DNA of 32,593 bases from a virus. The DNA is taken from IMG/VR virus record IMGVR_UViG_3300025890_000011; one strand, 5' to 3'. Positions 1 to 7,754 of the stretch are shown here, piece by piece; within the stretch, counting starts at the first letter, position 1, and every line of letters begins with the position of its first letter. The notes under the pieces are model-generated. The model was not told where the DNA came from and searched no databases. It saw nothing but the letters and a program-made list of their open reading frames with translations. A program made the translations under genes and the position numbers.

Positions 1-99
1 GGACATTGTTGGACTGCTTGTAATTGAGTACCATTCCATTCTCTATATTTATTTTCATCTGCAGTTTTTATAAATTGTGAACCACCAGGTCCTGCTGCT
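1..99. repeat. 99-nt terminal overlap, identical to 32495..32593 (circular or permuted assembly junction)
   Basis: Direct comparison: 'ggacattgttggactgcttgtaattgag...accaccaggtcctgctgct' occurs at both ends of the window. Confidence 0.95.
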
Positions 100-2054
100 A
101 ATAATGTTGAACAATCACTATTTATATATAATTTTGTGGTTGCAGTATCATAAAAATCATTACCATTCATAAATGTTTCTCTGGAAGTTGGATCACTACA
201 ACAAACATTAAAAGCACTATTACTTCTAAATAATACAATTGATTTACAAGTTGTATCATCATCAGGATCATCAGGTGTTTCTTGCGTTGAACACGCTGCG
301 TTGATAGTGTGAGTAGGCGTAGTAACCACGTATTGACCACTTAATAAAACATAACAATCTGTTAAAGTTGATCCACCTGAATCATTTAAAGTATTTGTAC
401 TTGAAAATGCAAAAGCACTATTATAAGTGGTTATTTTTGAAGATAATCCTCCTACTATCCTATGTAGCATAGCATTGTGAGTATAAACCAATACGTTTTC
501 ACCTTGATTTTCTCCTGTTGTATTTATGGCGTATGCTGTTGCCATATAAACTTTTCCAGGTGTTAATGTTACTGCAGGTGAAGATAATGTAGAAGTATCT
601 AATTCATACATACCTGTACCAATACTTCCAATTTGCGATATTGAACTAAAATTACCTGTTGCTACAGGATATTTTGTGTTTTTTGTGTGATCAACCAAAG
701 ATGTATCACCAAAATAAAAACCATAATTAGTAACATTTGATGTTCCAATGTCTGTTACTTGTCCACGCATTGTCACTTTGTTATTAAAAACTCTTGATGG
801 TGCAAAAACAAAAGTGTTTATAGCAGGTGCAGTTTGAGTTGCTTGTTGGCTTGTATCAACTAACATATTAAATTGAAGAGCTGGTAAAGCAAAACCTATA
901 GAAAAATTAGATGATTGAGCAAACGCTACAACGTAATATTCATTTGTGGTTAATAAACCTGTATATTGACGAGTAAATGTAGCACTTGTATCAGGAGAAT
1001 CTTGTTGTAAATTTGTTATAAAATCAGAATTTGTTCCAAAATAAAAACCACGCCTTATAATATCTAATCCTCTATCGTTTGTAATTGTACCACTAACTGT
1101 GGCAGTTAACGCTGTAGTGTTTAATGTTGGAGTATTATTAACAACTTCAGGATTTGATAATAATTGGTCTTGATCAGTACTTACTAACGTTGGATCTGGC
1201 ACTATTGAATCATCATAATAATTAGAATTTGATATAATAAACCATGAACCATTTGCTTGAAATATTCTTGAGTTTGTCATTCTCAACAAACTCTCTAAAA
1301 CCTCTTTACTATTTTTTTGAGAAAAATTATCCATTAATGAATACTCATTTATTTGGATATCATGATAAACTGTAAGCAAAGCATTATTAACACGTCCACC
1401 AATTTTTTTTCTTATTTTATTTTGTATATGAATATTAAAATCTAAACCTGTGTTTTTTAATATCTCAGTTATATAATAAAAGGCACTGTTAAAAATTGTT
1501 TGGTCTGTATCGCCTGTTTTAATTGTTCCATCGTCATTTGTGTTTATTGAACCATCAGGAACTAAATAAGCGTCTAATGTTCCTAAATTATCCATAGCCC
1601 TTAATTGTATATCATAGGGATCACTTTGTATAGATTTAAAATGCGTGTCTAAAACTAAAAATCCTTCCCAATAAGTACTAAAAACTGTACCTGCACCCCA
1701 TGTAATATCTGCAGATTCCCATAAGCTTTCAACTGTACCCCATAATGGTGAAGCTAAATCTTGTTGTACATCATCTGTTCCAATATTTATTCTAATTTTA
1801 AATTCTCTTTCGTCAAATGCTTGGAATTCTTCATATTCAACAGTTTCTGTTCTTTTTATATTTAAAATACAAGATGAACCTATAATTGGATTATAAAAAT
1901 CATCATCATTATTATATCTAATTATAACAGGATTTTCTGTACCTACAATAGATTTTACTTCGCCAGCATAATCTTTTTTAAGTATTTGTAGATTTCTAAC
2001 ATTTCCTTTTACATCAGAAAAATCTAATTCGTATTTAACACCATATATCGCCAT
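1..2054 (-). CDS. Large tail-tip/baseplate protein (receptor-binding candidate), N-terminal part. It continues across the circular junction into 31462..32593, giving 1028 aa in total.
   Basis: The ATG at 2054 overlaps the TMP stop (TAATG). My manual translation found no in-frame stop down to nt 1, and the ORF track lists nothing here, which fits an open-ended ORF. The codon phase (pos mod 3 = 2) matches ORF 31462..32454 extended to 32593 once the 99-nt overlap is collapsed. The gene sits immediately after the tape measure. Two Fn3/Ig-like repeats each carry a 'GFYFG' motif (aa 336 and 445). Confidence 0.8.
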   Translation of the reverse strand, partial: MAIYGVKYELDFSDVKGNVRNLQILKKDYAGEVKSIVGTENPVIIRYNNDDDFYNPIIGSSCILNIKRTETVEYEEFQAFDEREFKIRINIGTDDVQQDLASPLWGTVESLWESADITWGAGTVFSTYWEGFLVLDTHFKSIQSDPYDIQLRAMDNLGTLDAYLVPDGSINTNDDGTIKTGDTDQTIFNSAFYYITEILKNTGLDFNIHIQNKIRKKIGGRVNNALLTVYHDIQINEYSLMDNFSQKNSKEVLESLLRMTNSRIFQANGSWFIISNSNYYDDSIVPDPTLVSTDQDQLLSNPEVVNNTPTLNTTALTATVSGTITNDRGLDIIRRGFYFGTNSDFITNLQQDSPDTSATFTRQYTGLLTTNEYYVVAFAQSSNFSIGFALPALQFNMLVDTSQQATQTAPAINTFVFAPSRVFNNKVTMRGQVTDIGTSNVTNYGFYFGDTSLVDHTKNTKYPVATGNFSSISQIGSIGTGMYELDTSTLSSPAVTLTPGKVYMATAYAINTTGENQGENVLVYTHNAMLHRIVGGLSSKITTYNSAFAFSSTNTLNDSGGSTLTDCYVLLSGQYVVTTPTHTINAACSTQETPDDPDDDTTCKSIVLFRSNSAFNVCCSDPTSRETFMNGNDFYDTATTKLYINSDCSTLLAAGPGGSQFIKTADENKYREWNGTQLQAVQQC

Positions 2055-4216
2055 TACATGAAACGGTTTCTATTTTTATTTGCTTTTTGTAGAGCTAAAA
2101 CTAAATCTTGACCACGTAAAATAAATTGACCTTGCATATTACCATTTCTTTTATCCAATAATGATTGCAATTTATTTAATGGTGCAACTACTTCAGGATT
2201 TGATCGAGCACCAGGATATTCACCAATAAGAGCATTTGTCGGACCTGTTACAATTCCACCACTTGCTAATTCTATTCCACCACTAAATCCTTTAAACAAA
2301 CCACTAAATCCTTTAAATGTTCCCATTGCACCACCTGGACCTCCTAAGAAAAAAGATAACACTGCTGCGGCTGCGGCTGCTGCTAACAATCTAACAACTA
2401 ATGCTTTTATTGTTGTAATTAAACGCTGTAGAGGATTTTCTCCTTGTGCAATTGCTGCAAAACTATCGGTTAATGCTTGACCAACTTGTGGTAAAATTTG
2501 TTGTCCAAAGGTTTGAGTTTCTTCGTATAAAGGTCTTAAATTTGCACTTAATTGTTCTGAAGTAACTGCACCTGCTTCAATTGCTACATTTTGTAAGACA
2601 ACTCCTGTGGTTTGTAAAGCTTTTTCTGTACCATCAACCACTGCTTCACCAAGACTTGTACCTGCTGCTTGAAAATGTTGTTTTACATTACTTACTGTAT
2701 CAACTATTTTATCAATTAAACTTTTATCAATATCTAATTTAGAAATTTCTTCATCAAAACCTTCATTTAAATCACGTAAAGCGATTGCCATATTTTTTGA
2801 AATTTCTTTCTGTTTTTTAGGGTTAAAAATTGCTAAAATACTATCACCAATTGCTTTTGCTATTATTTTTGCATTTGCACCAAATTGTTCAAATTTTAAT
2901 TTTATTAAATCTATTCTTGAAATTGCGTGATCAATACCTAAAGCAATTAATGCTATTGCTGCAACTACTAAAGCTACAGGACTTGTAATTATTGCAATTG
3001 TAGTAGCAACACCAGATAAAACAAGTAATAAAGGACCCAAAGCAGTAACTAATGCGCCAATTGTCAAAATTAGATTTTGACTGTTTGAATCCATATTATT
3101 GAATTTATTTATAATGGTAGTTAACCCTGTAGTTAATTTTTGTATAAATGGTAAAATTGCAGTTCCTAATGTTTCTCCTAATTCACCAAAACTTGTTTTA
3201 ACGCTTTGTAACGCCTTTGTAAATTTAAATGACATAGAACCCTCTAATTTACTAAAACCATCATTTAACGTTCCTGTAGTGTCGGTCATGTTATCAAATA
3301 TCACTCTTGTCGAATCTACATTCTTACCCATTAAATCTAAAACACCTGTTAGAGCTCTAACATTTCCGAACACTTTACCTGCTGCTTCTTGATTATCACC
3401 AAAAGTGCTTGTTAAGGTTTCTAAAACTGATAGTAAACCTTGTTCTTCAAGTTGATCACGTAAACCCTGCGCTGATAAACCAAATTCAGATAATTGTTCT
3501 TTTGCTTGTGATGATGGATTTAATAATGCACTTAAAATACCACGTAATGAAGTACTTGCCATAGCAGCGTCAGTACCTGTTCTTGACATAGCAGCTAATG
3601 CAGCACCAACTTCGTCAAATCTTACTCCTAATTGAGATGAAATAGGTAATACTTTACCCATTGATTGTGCCAAACTATCTGCTTCGAGTTTACCCTCACG
3701 AACTGCAGCAGTTAAGACGTCTGTTGCTTGTTCAGCAGATAAATTTTCTATACCATAAGCATTCACTGCACTTGTTACTGCGTCAGCAACAGTTTTAACT
3801 TCACCTAAACCAATAGCACTTGCTTTAGCACTTGCTGCCAAAACATCTAAAGCGTCTTGTCCTCTTAAACCTGCTGATGTTATAAAAAACAAAGCGTCTG
3901 CGGTAGAATTTGCACTTACACCTGTATCAGTTGCAAGTTGTTTTACTGCACCACGCATAGAATCTACTGTATCTGTAGATATACCAACTAACGTAGTAAT
4001 TTTAGTCATAGATTTATCAAAATCCATTCCTGTTTTTATAGCAGCTGCCGCAGCGATACCTAATGGTAAAGTTAATCTTGTTGTAAGTGATTGACCAATT
4101 CTTCCAACTCCTGCACTAAAATTTTTTAATTTACTACTTGCTTTTGTTAATGCAGCGTTTAATTGAGTACTATCTCCTATTAAATTAACTCTAAGATTTT
4201 GATCACCTCCTAACAT
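2054..4216 (-). CDS. Tail tape measure protein (720 aa)
   Basis: It lies after the G/T chaperones. It has a TP901-type TMP core pattern at the N-terminus, central hydrophobic helices ('LILTIGALVTALGPLLLVLSGV...'), a poly-Ala tract, a FKGFSGL x2 repeat and a C-terminal 'LIGEYPGARSNPEVVAPL' motif typical of TMPs. Confidence 0.9.
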   Translation of the reverse strand: MLGGDQNLRVNLIGDSTQLNAALTKASSKLKNFSAGVGRIGQSLTTRLTLPLGIAAAAAIKTGMDFDKSMTKITTLVGISTDTVDSMRGAVKQLATDTGVSANSTADALFFITSAGLRGQDALDVLAASAKASAIGLGEVKTVADAVTSAVNAYGIENLSAEQATDVLTAAVREGKLEADSLAQSMGKVLPISSQLGVRFDEVGAALAAMSRTGTDAAMASTSLRGILSALLNPSSQAKEQLSEFGLSAQGLRDQLEEQGLLSVLETLTSTFGDNQEAAGKVFGNVRALTGVLDLMGKNVDSTRVIFDNMTDTTGTLNDGFSKLEGSMSFKFTKALQSVKTSFGELGETLGTAILPFIQKLTTGLTTIINKFNNMDSNSQNLILTIGALVTALGPLLLVLSGVATTIAIITSPVALVVAAIALIALGIDHAISRIDLIKLKFEQFGANAKIIAKAIGDSILAIFNPKKQKEISKNMAIALRDLNEGFDEEISKLDIDKSLIDKIVDTVSNVKQHFQAAGTSLGEAVVDGTEKALQTTGVVLQNVAIEAGAVTSEQLSANLRPLYEETQTFGQQILPQVGQALTDSFAAIAQGENPLQRLITTIKALVVRLLAAAAAAAVLSFFLGGPGGAMGTFKGFSGLFKGFSGGIELASGGIVTGPTNALIGEYPGARSNPEVVAPLNKLQSLLDKRNGNMQGQFILRGQDLVLALQKANKNRNRFM

Positions 4217-4220
4217 GTTA

Positions 4221-4228
4221 CAAAAATA
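4221..4228 (-). promoter_or_regulatory. -7 box TATTTTTG exactly 4 nt upstream of the TMP ATG
   Basis: The 13-nt gap between the gpT stop and the TMP ATG reads AAC-TATTTTTG-TAAC-ATG. Confidence 0.5.
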
Positions 4229-4229
4229 G

Positions 4230-4571
4230 TTATTTTTTATTCAACTTATTATCTACTAATTTTTTAAATTTTTCAAATTCTTCTTTAGTTGATGGATTTG
4301 AATTTTCTTTTTTTATATTGTCTTGTGGTAATTCAAATAAATTTTGTGGTTTTATCATTTGTGATTTTTTACTACATTGGACATTATGTAACATAGTTGC
4401 AAGATATCTTGTTTGTTCCCAAATAACATTTTTTTCATTTACATACGCTTCGGATAATAATTTATTTTCTTTGAACGTATTTGTCCAAAAATCATTTGGA
4501 TTAACACCAATATAACCGATATAGAAATCAATCATATCTTCCCAAGTAGTGTTTTTAGCTATTTTTTTTTT
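4230..4571 (-). CDS. gpT-like -1 frameshift extension of the tail assembly chaperone (expressed as a G-T fusion, 4230..4927)
   Basis: The ORF 4230..4535 frame stays open upstream through the A10 run at 4562..4571 and is -1 relative to 4559..4927. The conserved position between the major tail protein and TMP supports the call. Confidence 0.65.
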   Translation of the reverse strand, partial: KKKIAKNTTWEDMIDFYIGYIGVNPNDFWTNTFKENKLLSEAYVNEKNVIWEQTRYLATMLHNVQCSKKSQMIKPQNLFELPQDNIKKENSNPSTKEEFEKFKKLVDNKLNKK

Positions 4572-4927
4572 GAAGTATCTTTTTTACGATCTAAACCAGC
4601 GTTTAAATCATTGCCCAAAATTCTGGATTCAGTCATTGTTTGAACAATTTTTTCTATTTCTTCGGCAGTTACATTTTCAAGCCAAGAACCAACATCAAAA
4701 TTATTATAATCTATTTCTTTTTTATTTTCTTGATCGTAAGTTAAGATACCTACATATACAATATTTATAATTGCTTTTAGTGATACACCTTTAATAAATA
4801 AAGTACCTAATTCATCTAAAGATATTTCCATAATATCTGTAAATGTCGCCCAAAAATTCATAGAAAAATGCAAAGTACGTTTTTTACCTCCTATATCAAG
4901 AGTATAATAACCTCTTTTTTCAGTCAT
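4559..4927 (-). CDS. Tail assembly chaperone (gpG-like, 122 aa)
   Basis: It is directly downstream of the major tail protein, has a typical 'YTLDIGGKKRTLHFSMNFW' start, and ends in the slippery run. Confidence 0.75.
   Translation of the reverse strand: MTEKRGYYTLDIGGKKRTLHFSMNFWATFTDIMEISLDELGTLFIKGVSLKAIINIVYVGILTYDQENKKEIDYNNFDVGSWLENVTAEEIEKIVQTMTESRILGNDLNAGLDRKKDTSKKK
4562..4571 (-). other. Slippery A10 run (A AAA AAA type) for the G/T -1 programmed frameshift
   Basis: The minus strand reads '...ACT TCA AAA AAA AAA TAG' in the G frame. A -1 shift gives 'AAA AAA AAA ATA GCT AAA AAC ACT ACT TGG GAA GAT ATG ATT...', which runs into ORF 4230..4535. Confidence 0.65.
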
Positions 4928-4932
4928 AAATG

Positions 4933-5352
4933 TTAATTAACAGATTCAGTTATTGCACCAGTCACTGTAATTGTTCCTGAATATGTAACTGCTTCTTCCA
5001 TAGCCCCTGATATTTCTACTGAAGAAAGAAAACCTTCTCCTGTGTAAATAGTATCTCCTGTTGCAGCAGTTCCAAATGTGAAATCGCATTTTTGTCTTGT
5101 AAGTAATTTGTGTGCAATTTCTGTTCCACCAACAGAGTCTGTATAATCTACTAAACCATCAAAAGAAATTTCTGCTGATCTAACGCCAGGTATAACCTCT
5201 GCAAATCCAGAAGAATCTTTTGTAGTTGTTGTGGACATTTCATTTGATAAACTAATAGTACAAGACGTAGCGTGTCCTATTGTAGATGGACTACTACCAT
5301 CATCTGCAATCTTTACTAATAAATTTGTTCCGTTGAATACTGTACTTGCCAT
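4933..5352 (-). CDS. Major tail protein (TP901-1/phi13-like, 139 aa)
   Basis: The pattern 'GTNLLVKI...ATSCTISLSNEMSTTTTKDS...AEISFDGLV...YTGEGFLSSVEISGA' resembles the Phage_tail_2 family. It sits upstream of the G/T chaperones and TMP and has its own -7 box. Confidence 0.75.
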   Translation of the reverse strand: MASTVFNGTNLLVKIADDGSSPSTIGHATSCTISLSNEMSTTTTKDSSGFAEVIPGVRSAEISFDGLVDYTDSVGGTEIAHKLLTRQKCDFTFGTAATGDTIYTGEGFLSSVEISGAMEEAVTYSGTITVTGAITESVN

Positions 5353-5373
5353 CTTATTTCGTTTTTATTATTA

Positions 5374-5381
5374 CAAATATA
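5374..5381 (-). promoter_or_regulatory. -7 promoter box TATATTTG (within AATTTAACTATATTTGTAA, repeated at 15346..15364)
   Basis: It matches the Bacteroidota TAnnTTTG consensus and lies 21 nt upstream of the major tail protein ATG. Confidence 0.55.
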
Positions 5382-5488
5382 GTTAAATTTTAAATAATAG
5401 TTTTTTGATTATATTATTCCAATTAATCATAAACCAACGATTGAAATTTCTAATCTTTTGTGCTAAATACTCAAATATCTTTGCCATG

Positions 5489-5638
5489 TCATTTATTTTT
5501 TTTTGTTATTTCTAATATTCTATATGCTGTGTAAACTATAGTTAATAAAAATAAAATTGATTGCAGAATTACATTAACCTCTGCTACTGAAATAATTAAC
5601 GTGATCATTCCTAATAGTGTTGGTTCAAATCCATTCAT
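5489..5638 (-). CDS. Small hydrophobic membrane protein (49 aa; not in the ORF track)
   Basis: Sequence: 'MNGFEPTLLGMITLIISVAEVNVILQSILFLLTIVYTAYRILEITKKNK'. Its ATG overlaps the stop of the upstream gene (TAATG). Confidence 0.4.
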   Translation of the reverse strand: MNGFEPTLLGMITLIISVAEVNVILQSILFLLTIVYTAYRILEITKKNK

Positions 5639-5949
5639 TATTTCTTATATTTATTTATTATAGCTTGAATGCTATCTAATTTAACAATTATTTTCATAGT
5701 TAATCCTGCTTCAAATTTAGCAATTGGATTTCCATCTTTATATATTATTATTGTTGGCACTGATTTTACAGATTTTTTTATAATATCGCTTTGATCTTCT
5801 ACAAAAGCATACTGAACTTTTGTATTTTTTAATCTATTTAATTGACTATAATTATTTCTTTCATTCCATTTATAATTAAAATGAACTGTTGTCATATTTT
5901 GACCATAACTAAATACACTAAAAAATAAAGCTAATATTAGAGATCTCAT
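5638..5949 (-). CDS. Secreted thioredoxin-fold-like protein lacking the CxxC motif (103 aa, no Cys)
   Basis: It has an N-terminal signal-peptide-like 'MRSLILALFFSVFSYGQ' and the Trx-like pattern 'VHFNYKWNERNN...VPTIIIYKDGNPIAKFEAG', with WNERN in place of WCGPC. Confidence 0.55.
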   Translation of the reverse strand: MRSLILALFFSVFSYGQNMTTVHFNYKWNERNNYSQLNRLKNTKVQYAFVEDQSDIIKKSVKSVPTIIIYKDGNPIAKFEAGLTMKIIVKLDSIQAIINKYKK

Positions 5950-6239
5950 TATTTTATAATTATTGAATATAATTTTTCATCTATTTTATCAAGTTTTTCA
6001 GAATTAGCGTCAACCTTTTCTTCAGTAGAGATTATTGTTTCTCTAATTAATTGGTCTTTTAAATCGTATTCTGTTCTTGAAACTTCAGGTTCAGGTAATT
6101 TTTTCGCTTCCTCTATATCACCTTGCAAACTATACCACATACCTGTGACTGTTACAATAACCATTCCTATTGTAATTAAATTTTCAACGCTAACGTTAAA
6201 TTTTTTTTTCTTTATTTCTTCAATATCTAAATTTGCCAT
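5949..6239 (-). CDS. Type II membrane protein with a coiled-coil ectodomain (96 aa)
   Basis: It has a single N-proximal TM segment ('LITIGMVIVTVTGMWY') followed by a charged heptad-like C-terminus. It is coupled to the next gene through a TAATG overlap. Confidence 0.55.
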   Translation of the reverse strand: MANLDIEEIKKKKFNVSVENLITIGMVIVTVTGMWYSLQGDIEEAKKLPEPEVSRTEYDLKDQLIRETIISTEEKVDANSEKLDKIDEKLYSIIIK

Positions 6240-6242
6240 AAT

Positions 6243-7274
6243 TTATGTTACAATTTTTTCTGCCCAATATGTATAGAGATTTCCATTAACATTATTTCCT
6301 GCGGTTACACCTCCAGATGTAATTGAAAATCCTGTTGCAGAAACTGCTAATTGAGGTGCGTCTGCAGTATCTTCTGCATCAGTTCTATTTGGTTCTATAA
6401 ATCCACCAGATGTAAATCCTCTTGCAGTATCATACAATCTCCAATTATCATTTCCGACTGTTGTCTTAATAAAAATATAATCAGGTTGAAATCCACACGA
6501 AATAGCTTGACCTACATTTCCATCTCCTGTGTAACTTCCAAGACTTCGTAAACCAGATACATTTCTAAAAGAATATGCAATACATTCTTGTCCTGTTGCT
6601 CCAGTAAAAGATGGATTAAATACTGTTGAATTTACTGTGTTAAACAAATTAGTTGCAGTTCCTATTCCTGCAGTTTGGTTAATTCTCATAAATTTTGATG
6701 TACCCATTGCAGTATGAAAATAATACCAATCCTCTGCCCCATCATTTCTTTTTAAAATTATCATATCTGGAGTCGCTGCATTTCCATCTGCATCTTTTAA
6801 TCCATGTCCTACTGTTGTAGACCCTCCAGGTGAAGTATTTGTAAATTGCGAAATACTAAATCCTGCAGCATTATCATTTTGTACTGTACTATTAATTGTT
6901 CCATTGGAATCAGTACTTGTGCTTCCTCCTCCTGCTTTCCACCCATAAGAAACTAATTTAGCACCATTTGTATTTGCTTGACCTGTGTTTTTTACTATAA
7001 ACCCTCCTGATGTAAATTCAAATCCTCCAGAAAAATCACTATCTGCATCAGTAGAGTTCCAAGCCATAGTCTTTTGTCCTCTTGTTGTGTCTAAAACACT
7101 CCATTGGTCAGCATTATCTCTATCCTTAATTACTACTAAATCAGGATTAAATCCGAAAGTATTAACTGTTACATTACTTGGTCTGTTACCTGTGTAAGTT
7201 TTTATGTTAAAAGTATTAGCAGGTCCAGAAGAACCTGCAACAGTTTTAAATAGAAATTTTTTCTTTAAACTCAT
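6243..7274 (-). CDS. Virion-associated (fibre/receptor-binding candidate) protein built of three tandem ~100-aa repeats (343 aa)
   Basis: Repeat signature: 'YTGN..(N)..GFNPDLVVIKDR...W.VLDTTRG' (repeat 1), 'PDMIILKRNDGAEDWYYFHTAMG' (repeat 2), 'YTGDG...GFQPDYIFIKTT...WRLYDTARG' (repeat 3). It is Gly/Thr/Asn-rich. Confidence 0.6.
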   Translation of the reverse strand: MSLKKKFLFKTVAGSSGPANTFNIKTYTGNRPSNVTVNTFGFNPDLVVIKDRDNADQWSVLDTTRGQKTMAWNSTDADSDFSGGFEFTSGGFIVKNTGQANTNGAKLVSYGWKAGGGSTSTDSNGTINSTVQNDNAAGFSISQFTNTSPGGSTTVGHGLKDADGNAATPDMIILKRNDGAEDWYYFHTAMGTSKFMRINQTAGIGTATNLFNTVNSTVFNPSFTGATGQECIAYSFRNVSGLRSLGSYTGDGNVGQAISCGFQPDYIFIKTTVGNDNWRLYDTARGFTSGGFIEPNRTDAEDTADAPQLAVSATGFSITSGGVTAGNNVNGNLYTYWAEKIVT

Positions 7275-7735
7275 AATTCAATGATATAAGACATTACAGA
7301 TTTTTTTGTCGTTTTAGCATTAATTTCTGCCTCTATAGATTCTACATTTTCTCTTATTTCATTTCTTTCTGTTTGAGTTTCTTCATTAACTTCTTGACCT
7401 GTATCTGCTTGTCTTATAATTTCCCAATCAGTTTTGGAAAGTAATTGGTTTGCTTTTTCATTTAATTGAGTAATTCTTGAATCTTTTAATTCAGATAAAG
7501 TTTCTGACCAATTTTTATCATTTACATCATAAGTAAAAATATTATTATCTGCGTCAAAATGTAGATTTGATAATATTTCAACTTTTGAATCATGATCAGG
7601 TTTTACTACATCATAAAATCCATAGGATTGTAGTTGTTCATCAGATAAAAGATTAAATCCACCAATTACATTTCCCCAAGATTTTGGTAATTCTTGATAA
7701 ATTTTTATATCGTCATTTATAATTATTGCTTTCAT
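7271..7735 (-). CDS. Tail-fibre assembly/chaperone-like protein (154 aa)
   Basis: The C-terminal 'LLSKTDWEIIRQADTGQEVNEETQTERNEIRENV' resembles the TDW motif of phage fibre-assembly / XkdW-like domains. It lies immediately downstream of the fibre-like gene. Confidence 0.45.
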   Translation of the reverse strand: MKAIIINDDIKIYQELPKSWGNVIGGFNLLSDEQLQSYGFYDVVKPDHDSKVEILSNLHFDADNNIFTYDVNDKNWSETLSELKDSRITQLNEKANQLLSKTDWEIIRQADTGQEVNEETQTERNEIRENVESIEAEINAKTTKKSVMSYIIEL

Positions 7736-7754
7736 ATTTTTATTTTATTATCTA

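Noticed and set aside
1-99. The 99-nt identical ends read as genuine direct terminal repeats (physical genome ends).
   Set aside because: The repeat sits inside a continuous ORF, and its length equals a common assembler k-mer. TerL is of a headful-type family. This cannot be fully excluded without reads.
3099-3392. Plus-strand ORFs listed in the track inside minus-strand genes: 3099..3392, 4318..4515, 4549..4770, 6351..6551, 6985..7197, 13182..13400, 13483..13710, 14590..14844, 15333..15599, 18500..18775, 18935..19117, 19042..19266, 19642..19860, 21558..21779, 22423..22674, 22521..22736, 24009..24215 and 31236..31436.
   Set aside because: All of them lie antisense to long ORFs that carry clear family motifs. 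Their translations are low-complexity, Leu/Phe/Ile-rich, and have no motifs or start context. This is typical of antisense open frames in AT-rich DNA.
5383-5487. A 34-aa minus-strand ORF ('MAKIFEYLAQKIRNFNRWFMINWNNIIKKLLFKI') between the 49-aa membrane ORF and the major tail promoter.
   Set aside because: It is very short, has no motif, and ends right at the promoter box. I cannot support it from sequence alone.
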